DNA of 62,375 nt, counting the filler, from Globobulimina sp. (Eukaryota), in the NCBI GenBank assembly GCA_003354225.1. It is 24 parts of 24 records of this genome, joined end to end, with 100 filler letters (N's around TTAATTAATTAA, not from the genome) between each part and the next. Parts side by side here need not be neighbours in the genome. Positions count along the whole stretch, not along the records: positions 1 to 2,506 come from PIVH01006282.1; positions 2,607 to 5,111 come from PIVH01006283.1; positions 5,212 to 7,716 come from PIVH01006284.1; positions 7,817 to 10,320 come from PIVH01006285.1; 20 more parts are not named here. One strand, written 5' to 3'. This document shows positions 1 through 10,420 of this stretch, piece by piece. Each line of letters opens with the position of its first letter. The stretch's first letter is position 1. The position numbers and the translations under genes are program-made. The notes beneath the pieces were generated by a model. It was not told the origin of the DNA. It searched no databases and was given only the letters and a program-made list of their open reading frames with translations.

Positions 1-1425
1 CCATGCATTTTCATCATATTTATAACTATTTATAGCCGCATCCCATCCCGTTTCTGCATACCCGCCAAAAACATGGTTATGATTCGATTGAATAATGCTA
101 AAATTTGGACCTTTAGCATCACATTTTTTATGAAACGCTGAAGTCGTAAATCCATCCCTGCTGCCACGAAATAACAATTTGAATTGACAGACATTTGAAT
201 CAGGGATCCATTGCATTAATTGCGCTTGTTCGGATGCACTAATTATACTCGATTCTATTCTGTTAAACCTTGGTGTTTTTGCAACTAATACATTTGAATA
301 AAAAACATTCGATGATATTGTTACCGAAATGCGAAATTGATACCATGTGGCACCAGTTAATAATCCTGCTTTGCCCTCATCTTCTTTTATATCATCATTT
401 TTCTTCTCCTCCTTCTCATCACCACCGAGTAAGAAAACCTTTGTTTGATTTGGTTTGACGGATTCTAATGTTTTCCATTGGACAGCTTGCTTCTCGTCGT
501 CTTTATTTTCGCCGACTTCTCTGAACTCTAATTCAAACCGAGCCTCTTGAACAACATTTGCTAAATCAGACTTCCATGCAATTATTGCCATATCACTTGT
601 AAACTTTATTTGAGTAAAATTAATGTCCCCATCTAATATATCATCCATAGTGCTTACAAATTGTGCGAAAATTGTAGTGTCCTTTGCCTCGTATTTTAAT
701 TGTGGCCGAGTGGCAAAAACCATATTTTCTTGCAAATATTGTTTATGTTTCACAAGTTGTTGTTGTGAGGAACCAATGTGTTGTGTGATCGCTATTTGTT
801 TTTTGGTTGGTTCTAATTTTTTATCATGAATTATTTGCTTAAATTTGGAATCACTGTCAGCCAAAAATCGCGTGGCATTATTTGCTGCAACATGCTGCTT
901 TTTGACAATGTTTAATTTTCTGGTTTTGGCGGCTTCAACTTTTTGCAATGTACTCTCTTTTTGCTTTGTTAATATATTCATAATTTCGGTGTAATATTTT
1001 TCAATTTCGCAAGTTAATTGTTTTGCATTTTCATGAATTTCAGCTTCTAATTCTTCTAATTTTATGCCATTTTGTTTGGCATATTGTCCGTTTGTCTGTA
1101 AATTTACAAGGAAATTATTTTGTTCTTCTGTGAGAACAACAAATGCCGAGGATTGCGATGCAGGCGTATTGGCGCCAGATTGTGGGATGGTTTTTAATTT
1201 ATTAATGATCAATCTTCTGTGCCATACTTTAATGCCAATGTCCTTGAAAGTTTCGATTAATTCATCTTCTGTCAATTGAAGTAATGTATCATAATCAATC
1301 CCATTATTATCGAATGTGTTTTTTACTTCTGTGACATGGTTAGATGTCTTTAAACAACTAATCGATAATAAATGATGCAATGGATCGCCTTCTGCTTGTG
1401 CTTCAGCGGTTGCCTGCCACGTCAT
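1..1425 (-). CDS. SAM + coiled-coil + FN3-like + TLDc domain protein (3'-partial; absent from the ORF track)
   Basis: Manual translation from ATG 1425 is open to the window edge (475 codons). SAM-like FDNNGIDYDTLLQLTEDELIETFKDIGIKVWHRRLI; coiled coil; FN3-like WYQFRISV; TLDc FKLLFRGSRDGFTTSAFHKKCDAKGPNFSIIQSNHNHVFGGY. Confidence 0.9.
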   Translation of the reverse strand, partial: MTWQATAEAQAEGDPLHHLLSISCLKTSNHVTEVKNTFDNNGIDYDTLLQLTEDELIETFKDIGIKVWHRRLIINKLKTIPQSGANTPASQSSAFVVLTEEQNNFLVNLQTNGQYAKQNGIKLEELEAEIHENAKQLTCEIEKYYTEIMNILTKQKESTLQKVEAAKTRKLNIVKKQHVAANNATRFLADSDSKFKQIIHDKKLEPTKKQIAITQHIGSSQQQLVKHKQYLQENMVFATRPQLKYEAKDTTIFAQFVSTMDDILDGDINFTQIKFTSDMAIIAWKSDLANVVQEARFELEFREVGENKDDEKQAVQWKTLESVKPNQTKVFLLGGDEKEEKKNDDIKEDEGKAGLLTGATWYQFRISVTISSNVFYSNVLVAKTPRFNRIESSIISASEQAQLMQWIPDSNVCQFKLLFRGSRDGFTTSAFHKKCDAKGPNFSIIQSNHNHVFGGYAETGWDAAINSYKYDENAW

Positions 1426-1492
1426 GCTTGTGATGCTACTAAGGTGGAGTTTTCAGTGTGATTGTTTTTGGAAAAGCGCAATTAAATACACT

Positions 1493-2335
1493 ATGGGGAA
1501 TAAGGGTAGCAAAGTGGCGAAAATGGTCAAAATACAGTTTCTACAGCCAATAAAAGACGAACAAAAAGTAGAGTATTCAACACGTAAAGATCGATTTGGT
1601 TTTTTGCAGTATTATGGCAAATTTAAAGTGAATACGATGACACATTTTAATTCGAGATTTGTTGATCCCACGGACAATGTTTCGTATTTTGTTGCCATAG
1701 AAAATGCGATTAAAACACATATCGGAAATAATACAATTATCCCGTTGGTTGTAATGCAAATAATTGTTACATATTCAAACATTGTAACGTTTCCAAGAAC
1801 GTATATATTGAAAAATGCATTAATTCATACTGAATTTGACGAATTTTGTAAAATGATACCAAATGATAAAGAGAGTAAAATAATTATGAATGAATTGTTA
1901 GATGTTTATACATTTGATTCATTCTTAAAGGAAATTGCGTTTTGGAAACCCAGATATGGGAAACGGTATAACTCTGACAATGTAAAATGCAGTTTATACC
2001 AAATTCTTGTATTAAATCAGAATTCTTATTTCAAAAATGGATTACATCCAACTTGGAATAACCAAGAAATTGTCACAAAAATCTATAGAAGTCAAGAACG
2101 TTATCATTGGAGTTTATATTTGATAGCGCCAACAAAATATGAAGGCGGAGAATTAGTTTTATATAATGATAAAGTGGAAAATAAGGAGGAATTGTTTTTT
2201 AGGAGCAATAAATTAGAATGGCAATGGATACTGTTTAAAAAAGGTGCAATGCATAAATGGAAACCAATTATTGGAAATGGATCAAATGTTGTGTTTTATT
2301 TCAATATTTACAACAAATGTGTTTTATTTCAATAA
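1493..2335 (+). CDS. 2OG-Fe(II) oxygenase-fold protein, degenerate, putatively N-myristoylated
   Basis: Likely start MGNKGSK at 1493. Double-stranded beta-helix motifs WSLYLIAPTKYEGGELVLY and ILFKKGAMHKWKPI. The HxD motif reads HPT. Confidence 0.6.
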   Translation: MGNKGSKVAKMVKIQFLQPIKDEQKVEYSTRKDRFGFLQYYGKFKVNTMTHFNSRFVDPTDNVSYFVAIENAIKTHIGNNTIIPLVVMQIIVTYSNIVTFPRTYILKNALIHTEFDEFCKMIPNDKESKIIMNELLDVYTFDSFLKEIAFWKPRYGKRYNSDNVKCSLYQILVLNQNSYFKNGLHPTWNNQEIVTKIYRSQERYHWSLYLIAPTKYEGGELVLYNDKVENKEELFFRSNKLEWQWILFKKGAMHKWKPIIGNGSNVVFYFNIYNKCVLFQ

Positions 2336-2506
2336 CACCTCACCTGGTGATTTTTTGTAACGCATTTGCCTAAATTTTCTGTTGAATTAATGCAGGAATT
2401 AGGGAGTTAGCACTTGAAAAGTCGACGTTTAAAAATATGAATTTTTGCTTTGCAACCTGAATAGCAATTAGTATGAAAGGGCACGGATCGACTCAATGTC
2501 AACTGA

Positions 2507-2606
2507 NNNNNNNNNNNNNNNNNNNNNNNNNNNNNNNNNNNNNNNNNNNNTTAATTAATTAANNNNNNNNNNNNNNNNNNNNNNNNNNNNNNNNNNNNNN
2601 NNNNNN
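2507..2606. other. Artificial contig-joining spacer (N44-TTAATTAATTAA-N44), first of 23
   Basis: Identical 100-bp spacers start at 2507, 5112, 7717, 10321, 12925, 15529, 18133, 20737, 23341, 25945, 28549, 31153, 33756, 36359, 38962, 41564, 44166, 46768, 49370, 51972, 54573, 57174 and 59775. The linker has stops in all six frames. Contig lengths fall monotonically from 2506 to 2501. Confidence 0.99.
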
Positions 2607-4964
2607 TTGGATGGGAACTTCAAGATAGCCAGCCACATCTCCAAGGCATCCAAGTCGAGCATGACAAGGATGACTCAGTTCTGCCGAATGAGAATGATCC
2701 AGTCACTCGGTATTACCCTTCGTGTTTGAAATGGTGCCAGAAAGATAGCGGCTTTTTGATGGTGACGCATAAACACGAAGTGACAAAGGACGATTTCAAC
2801 CATTATTTGAAACAGTATTCCATTGAAAAGAGATTGAAAGAGGAGAAGAGCGGTGATCGCCTGAGTTATAAATGTGAGCATGATGCGTTTTTAATGCATA
2901 TTGCTTGTTTAAAACACACCGTTGGCAACTTATCACAGTCAGATATCTCAAAGTTGGCGTTATTGGCTGATAGCTATATATCCATTTGGCGAGCTGGTAT
3001 GTCATGAAACTGTGTCAAAAGTATATATTAATTTGCGAACTTTGCAACAAACAGTACACATAATCGATGACCCGGAGAGCACAGATTATTGGAGCCGCAT
3101 TGAGATTGACTCGCATTACTTATCGCACAATTGGCCCATCCGCGAACTGGCTGTAAATGGGCGTTCTGACTGTTTTGCCATCGCAGGTTCCACCGGCTTT
3201 GCGCTGTACTTCCGCCAAACTGGCAAATGGCGCATTGTCCGCTCCTTGGACGCAGAAAACATCTTATTTTCTTGCGTCATGTGCTGGTTGACTGTGGATC
3301 TGCTCTTCATTGCCACCTTCGACCCGTCCAAATCGAGCGCAGACTCCAAATGGAACTTATTATGCTTCGATCGCTGGCAAATTGACAATAACTTCCAATC
3401 GCTGTCTGGTATTCCTTCCTCTGCCCACAGCGACATATTCGTGCCGCAGTTGCAATATCCATTAACAAACCACCCCATCGGTATGGAATGCGTCGACGGC
3501 CAGAAACTATTAATCTATTTCGTGGACGGCGTCATTCACATTTATGATATTCTATTATCTGAAAATGGCCTCTCCTTAAAAAACTATTGCGTTTTGGCTC
3601 CATTCCAGACCTTATCGCCCCATCCGGTCAGCATTCGACTGTGGAATTACGGCGTAAACGACGCCGACTTTTGCATTTTGTCGCTGTCCGCCAGCCGCAG
3701 TTTGTACCTCATCACGGTGGAAAACAACGAGTTTGAGCTGGTCGCAGACAACGTGCACGACTTTTATTTGCAGCGCGAGACTCGCGACAAGAGCGACAAA
3801 GTGTACTTGTGGACGTATGGCGTGCGCCAAGTGCGCCGCTGGCATATGGAGGGAAAGCAAGGCCTCAAATCCTTGTTTGTGTCCGGAGTGCAGCCGCATA
3901 TGACTTGCATCGGCATTTGCAACACATTGAACGTGTTGGTTTATGGCCGCCGCATCATCCGCAGTTACAACACCTCGCTGCTATACACGCCGCGCTTTGC
4001 CCTGCATATCGACATTCGCTCCTATTTGCATGTCACCATCGGAGAGAAGTTGAACAGCGTCGGCATCCAACACAGCTTTGATTTCGTATTAAAAGCCATC
4101 GCCGGCGGCGCCTGGCGCTGTTTGAATGCGTTGGAGCATATTTTGCGTTCCTCGCTGCAGAAAAGGTACAAAATCAAAGAGAAGCAGTTGTTGCTGGACA
4201 CGGGTCAGGGTCCCCATTGCAACGGCTCTGACCTTGAGATGAATGATTCCGATGCGGCCTTACCCTTCGACGAAGACGCTTTGTTGTTGCAACCATCGCT
4301 GCGGAGTTCGTACGTCTTTTACGCCAACGACGTGGAGCGAGACTTTTCGAGACAAAATTTGCTCGCCGAACAAGAGCGAACGAAGGAATTGAAAGCGGCG
4401 GACCTTAAGAAAGCAGAAAAGAAACAACAGGATCTGGCGTCGGACAAATCGGACGAGACAAACTCGATCAATTCCGTCAATTCGCCGTTGATGATGATGA
4501 GTTCGCTGACTTTTGACGACAAGTTCAACAAAAAACAATTGGATAAAAAACAGGAATTGGCGCGGAGACAGATCCGGCGCGAAGAGAAGGAGATCGATGT
4601 TGTGATTAAGTTTCTGCGCAAATTCCCAGACTATCCGGGCATTGTCGTGAATGTGGCGCGCAAAACAGAGCCGTCGCAATGGAATGATTTGTATTCGTTG
4701 TGCGGTTCGCCGATAATTTTGATCCAAAAAGCAATTGCGAGGAATCAGTTGGCGACGGCGAGCAAATATTTGTATGTTTTTGAAAAGATTCGGATCGAAT
4801 TGGCGATCCATTTTGCGACGCTGTTAATTGAATTGGCGATGCAATCTTCTTCGCACAACTTGGTTTTGTCATTGCTGCGCTTTTCACACAAATTGAAATT
4901 AATGATTAAGGAATCGCACGAAAATAATATCGAAATACCGCAATTAAATGTTAATATCGAATGA
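2607..4964 (+). CDS. RIC1: RAB6/Ypt6 GEF complex subunit RIC1 (5'-partial)
   Basis: YLSHNWPIRELAVN...FAIAGSTGFALY...KWR and C-terminal IVVNVARKTEPSQWNDLY...GSP...LATASKYL match RIC1. A phase-1 GT-AG intron at 2997-3054 joins ORFs 2726 and 2922. Confidence 0.9.
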
Positions 4965-5211
4965 TTTTACTTGTGCTGTGCCTGCCTTTAGCTCCATTCT
5001 CTAGATCTTGTATTTAATTTTAATTACAATTAATCGCTTTTGCAATGTTTTGTGCGCAGTTCCAACACTTCTTCGTCGATTACTTAAAAGCTTAACGATA
5101 TATTCCAAAAGNNNNNNNNNNNNNNNNNNNNNNNNNNNNNNNNNNNNNNNNNNNNTTAATTAATTAANNNNNNNNNNNNNNNNNNNNNNNNNNNNNNNNN
5201 NNNNNNNNNNN

Positions 5212-5537
5212 GACCAAAAGGAGCTTTCGTAAAAGGAGGCGGCGGTGACCGAGGAGGAGGAGACGGCGGCGGTTATGGCGGCGGAGGAGGAGGAGGATAC
5301 CGCGGTGGCGGTGGTGGTGGTTATCGCGGTGGCGGAGGAGGAGGAGGGTACCGCGGTGGTGGCGGAGGTGGATACAGAGGCGGCGGCGGAGGAGGCGGTT
5401 ATAGAGGAGGAGGAGGTGGAGGATACCGAGGGGGCGGCGGTGGTGGTGGTTACCGTGGAGGCGGCGGAGGGGGTTATCGCGGCGGAGGAGGAGGAGGTGG
5501 TGGTTATAATAATAATTACAACAATGATGGTTATTAA
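5212..5537 (+). CDS. C-terminus of a glycine-rich RNA-binding protein, probably a cold-shock-domain protein (5'-partial)
   Basis: The real frame (not the acidic ORF listed at 5245) reads PKGAFVKGGGGDRGGG followed by about 8 G6-7YR repeats, then NNNYNNDGY* (TAA 5535-5537). (G)PKGAFVKG resembles the VTGPxGxxVxG end of eukaryotic cold-shock domains. Confidence 0.75.
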
Positions 5538-6055
5538 ATAAATTAACTTAAAATATCAGACATTTTTTAACATTTTATTAATTCATCATTTGTTTTACAT
5601 TGGTATCAATTTTGTTACCTTTTGTATGAAACCAAATGGCAAATTATTTTATCTCAAGCTCATATTTGCATATCTTAAATACATTATTTATTTCGAATTC
5701 CGTAATTGTTTTTTTGTATTTGTCTGTATATCAATTATTTTGTTTGTGTATTTCATTACTTGTCGTTTAAAATAATACTTTTTATATCATAGCACAGAAA
5801 TTTCTTATTAATTCTGGTGGTCAACTCGTGTTACATTAATAATGAATTACAATTCATGCATTACAATATTTGCCAATGTGGCAAAACAGATTGTATTATT
5901 TTTAATTTTAAGATCGAGATTGAACAAAACCAACATAGAACAGAACCATTTTTCTAAGTGGACACATTGTCATTGTGCAAACACTACAGATCTCATAGAT
6001 ATGCAACATACACAGAAACAACGTAAAAAAAAAATCAAATCAAGTCAAATTGTCA

Positions 6056-7716
6056 TCAGAGTATTTTAAATTTGCGTTGCCTTTTCATATTTAAATGTGT
6101 TAGTAAAATATTTGAAGAAGCATCTCCTGAATGTTTCTGAATTTCTAGTTTCCAATTCGCTCTCTTAAATACAGATTGTTGTTGCAATAATTCTTTTTTA
6201 GAAAACACTTGTTTAATCCGTTCAATTTTTATTTTTCTTAATTTTGAATGAAAAATATAATTTAATCTTTTCAAAATAGGAACTAAATGTATCAGATATT
6301 CTTTTGTAATATTTCTTGCCGCATCAAATTGATCCATGCATACAATCAAATCTGTGCAAGAATAAAATATCGAGCCAATCACATCAAACAATACTAAATT
6401 TTTAATTTTTTTATCAATAAAAACATCTGAGAAGCCCGGATATGCCCGGTTTAACCAATGCAAATTAATTTTGATTTTCTTCTTAGTGTGCACTAATTGC
6501 GTAAAACAAGAATTCACATAATCTGGGAAATTATTCGAATATATTTCATCATCAATGCCATCAACAACCGATATGGATACTAACTGATGTTTAATTAGCT
6601 TATTAATAATGGCATAATCCATGGATTTTACTTTATTAATACGAATGTGCCGCTTTCCGTCAATGGCTTGATTAAATATTGACAGTGCCCGGATAAACCT
6701 GCGATAATTCAATGGTGGCCCCGCTTGTTTAATGTCGTGCACACTTCGAATATTTAACTCGTGAAAGCCACCAAAAAATAATCTATAATATGTATGAATA
6801 TATAATATAATATTAATGAATATAATGTAATACCTCTCATCTTCATTGGCGTAGCATGACACCAGACTGCAATTGAAATATCGCAAATTATCCGAATATT
6901 TCTCTAATTCTAATATTATGCCGTGCCGCTTTGAAAATATTGTGGCCACTTCTATTTGCGGTGTGGTAGACGTAGGCCCACAAAACCTGCAAACTAAACA
7001 ATTTAATACCATATGAGACACGCCATGATAAAATATTTTTATTTTCGTCTATTTATTAATATTAATACACACAAACACAATGCACAAAACGGGACAAAAG
7101 TGACATACATTTTTCATTTTCTGCCCAAAGCATTCTATTGATTCCCGCAATAATCGCGACCAGTTTGCATAGCTTGAATTTCTTTGTTTCAATGATGTAT
7201 AGGTCTCCGATGGATATTTCTTTCGAAACGTTTTGCTAAATTGATGGCATAATTCATCATAATCTGTATACAGCAACAATGACATCACATGTTCTACGCT
7301 CATCCTCTCATATTTTTGAATTCCATATCGTTCTTCAAAAAACTTTGTATCACATTTGATTGATTTAAATATATCAGCGGTCAGTAACCGTTGCGCTTTT
7401 TGCAAAGCAACTTTATATTTACATCTATCTAATCGATGAATATCATTATATAACAACTCTTCTTTTAAATTATCATATCGAGCCGGAATGTACCACTGAG
7501 AAAAAGTATAGCCATCGTTCCAATGATCTTTTTCCATTTTCCTCCTATAATAGTCCCAATAATAAAATCTGTGGCCGAAACTATACGTATTCACATGAGG
7601 CCGCAACAGCAACTTCTGCGACAAAGTGCTGCTGGAATAGCTATTCGCGGTGGATGCCATACTCACAATGCTCTCCGTGTCGATATCTGCAAAACTAATA
7701 AGACCTGTCGTGTCAT
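6056..7716 (-). CDS. Lineage-specific protein with ADP-ribosyltransferase-like (YHG / STT / ExE) core (5'-partial)
   Basis: Introns 7049-7108 and 6783-6833 give ...LLLYTDY...FSKTFR...IFYHGVS...FCGPTSTTPQIEVATIF...GIILEL...SCYANEDERLFFGG. Confidence 0.6.
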
Positions 7717-7816
7717 NNNNNNNNNNNNNNNNNNNNNNNNNNNNNNNNNNNNNNNNNNNNTTAATTAATTAANNNNNNNNNNNNNNNNNNNNNNNNNNNN
7801 NNNNNNNNNNNNNNNN

Positions 7817-10264
7817 ATCAAATTTTAAATCTTTATTCGCATCGCATTTATCCCCAATAGATTCGATACTGTTCATTCCGCCCCATATGGCATTCAACAA
7901 TGCGGTTAATCTCAGTTGTTCTTCAGTGGCAATGCCGGGCGGTCTGCCTCCATCATTCATGAAGGACTCCCAAAAAATAATATCTTCATTGCGCTGGAAA
8001 CCGTCAATATTAATATCATTGAATGGATATGCAACGGTCTCTGATGAACGTGCGTGAATATGCCATGCCATACTGTCTGTTTTTGGAGGACCACCAACCG
8101 CCACATTACGGATATTAATACCTATAAATTAATTAACAATGGCATATATGTACAGTAGTAACCAAATAAAATATACATTACCTGCACCATCCGCACCAAT
8201 GTCCATCCATAAGCTCCTTAAACGAGCTTGTAATTGCATGGGGAACGTAGAGGCAAATTGGTTGTCGTGGCCTGCAGTGTTGCTGCTGCCGGTAAATGCC
8301 ATTGTAAATACACGACCCGTTAATAAACTGTGTGCTAAGCGGGCACCCAACCACTCCATGGTCTGATCGATATATTTAATATTCAAAACTGGCATCGTCA
8401 GCACTTTCTCGTCAATATGTTCAGATAATATCTCAGACTTCTTATGCTTTAATTCTTTGACTATTGAATCCAAATCGAAATTGTGCGTTGGAAGTGCAGT
8501 GTGTATGGGATATCCAGATTGGAATACACCAGTTGATAATAAATATTTCTTTGCAGCAGCAAGACGTGCAAATGCTTTTGGCGTTGACGGGTTGGCGGTA
8601 TATATACGGATTAAATCGGGATAGGTCGCATCTAGAGTACCAACACCATTATAAAAACTGGTCTTATTCGCCCAACCATATCTTATATTGGATGGGATAC
8701 CATTTGGATTATGGAAATTATCCACTGTTTCACTGTTAAGCAACACAATGCAATGCGTGCAGAAGGCGACATGATCACAGTACAGATTTTTTACTTAAGC
8801 TCAACATTTCCACTGAAAAATGCAAAAACGATTAATATAAATAGAAACGTATATATATACCATGGTGCTTTAAGGCAATACTGTGGTCCATCAATGTCAG
8901 TTCCATCCTTGTTGTCACAATTGACAAACGCCGCGATATTATTCAAAAGCGGTGCATCTTTATCCACCTCTTTCATTTCCCGCGTTCTTTGCTGTACACC
9001 AATACCACAGATACCATCATAGAAAGGTCCTCGACCCCAATGCTTTTTTGACTCATCCACAATATGACATGGCGTATATTCCGACCATTCACAGTCATCA
9101 TATCTTATTTCAACATTGACATCAATCCCGGCAAAAGCCACAGAATCATCTGTTTCCAGCTCAATGCATATGCTTTTAAACGTATTCGACTGTAAATGAT
9201 ACGTAACAGTCTGCGGCAATAACCATGCTTTGTCATTTGGCAGTGTCCCTCTTCCGGCATAGACTACGGGCGGATCCATAAAAGATTGGTTGAAATGGCG
9301 GATTAATATGCGATCAAAGCCCCGTTCCAACGCAAATGCATTAAAACTAACATCAATTTGAGCCGTCGGATAGTCAAATAAATAAAAATTGAAACACCAT
9401 TTCCTATATTCATTATTTGCATATTGCGAGTTTGAAAATGGATATTTGATATTAAATATATGTGCATGTTCAAAGATATATGGCATCTCATATCCATCCA
9501 AAACAAGCTTGCTTAAAATCGATGAGTCGCCTAACAAAACAGAAGGTATTTAAAGTAAATATATTTATACGTAGCATACCCAAATCATATTCGTCATCAA
9601 GTTCAAGTGGAATGTCATTGAAATCTAAGTCATATTTATCCGCATCATGTAATATTTTTTTTATTGCATTGATATCGAAATTCGTGGACACATCATTGTT
9701 GTTGATATTATTTGATTGTGCTGTTGGTTCAAATGCAGGTTTGTTATCAATGGCAGGTTGTGCGGCCACCGTTGGTTCGAATGCAGGTTTTTCGGCGTCT
9801 GGGTTAGCATCGATTGGCTGTATAGGCTCAGCATCGATGTCATGATCATCCGAGGCAAATATATCAATGATGCCAGCTCGTTTCTTTTTATTTTTGTTGT
9901 GATTATGAAAGGGGTCTTTTCGTGTTGGCGATGGTGTGTTATTTATTGTGTGTTTATTGTTATTTTGTGAATGTGTATGCTGTGCTTTTGGTGGGTTTGT
10001 GAGTGGTGTGAATTGAGGCGGTTTTATGTTAAATGATGATCCGAGTGAATAGCCGAGAATACTGCCAACAAAAAGAATAATTAATACTAAAAGTAGGTAG
10101 CAACAATTACAGCCACCACTTTCACTGTTATTGGGTTCATATGGCTGTGGTCTATGTCGGGTGTCTACGTTTTCTTCTTCGTCGTCTGAATCATTGTATA
10201 AATCAGCATTTCTCATATCAAAACCAAGTCCGCCGTCTATATCGTAAATGGCTTGGGTTGCCAT
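7817..10264 (-). CDS. Type II membrane protein: TM + Pro/Asn-rich stalk + CUB + TSP1 + SGNH-hydrolase-like domain (3'-partial)
   Basis: TM CYLLLVLIILFVGSILGY; CUB FNAFALERGFDRI...ETDDSVAFAGI; TSP1 CEWSEYTPC...CGIGVQQRTR; SGNH blocks FTGSSNTAGHD and IRNVAVGG. Predicted introns 9531-9579, 8813-8860, 8733-8794 and 8122-8181 keep the frame open. Confidence 0.75.
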
Positions 10265-10420
10265 GTTGTCACTAAGATGAGTGGGGTGTTATCCACTAAT
10301 GTTTTTTTTTCATTATATTGNNNNNNNNNNNNNNNNNNNNNNNNNNNNNNNNNNNNNNNNNNNNTTAATTAATTAANNNNNNNNNNNNNNNNNNNNNNNN
10401 NNNNNNNNNNNNNNNNNNNN

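Noticed and set aside
2607-5111. Higher-GC contigs (RIC1; also the kinase at 41664-44165) as bacterial contamination
   Set aside because: Both encode eukaryote-specific proteins with spliceosomal introns. A second eukaryote in the bin cannot be excluded.
5245-5541. Listed Glu/Ala/Val-rich 98-aa ORF
   Set aside because: Shadow frame of the Gly-Tyr-Arg repeat protein.
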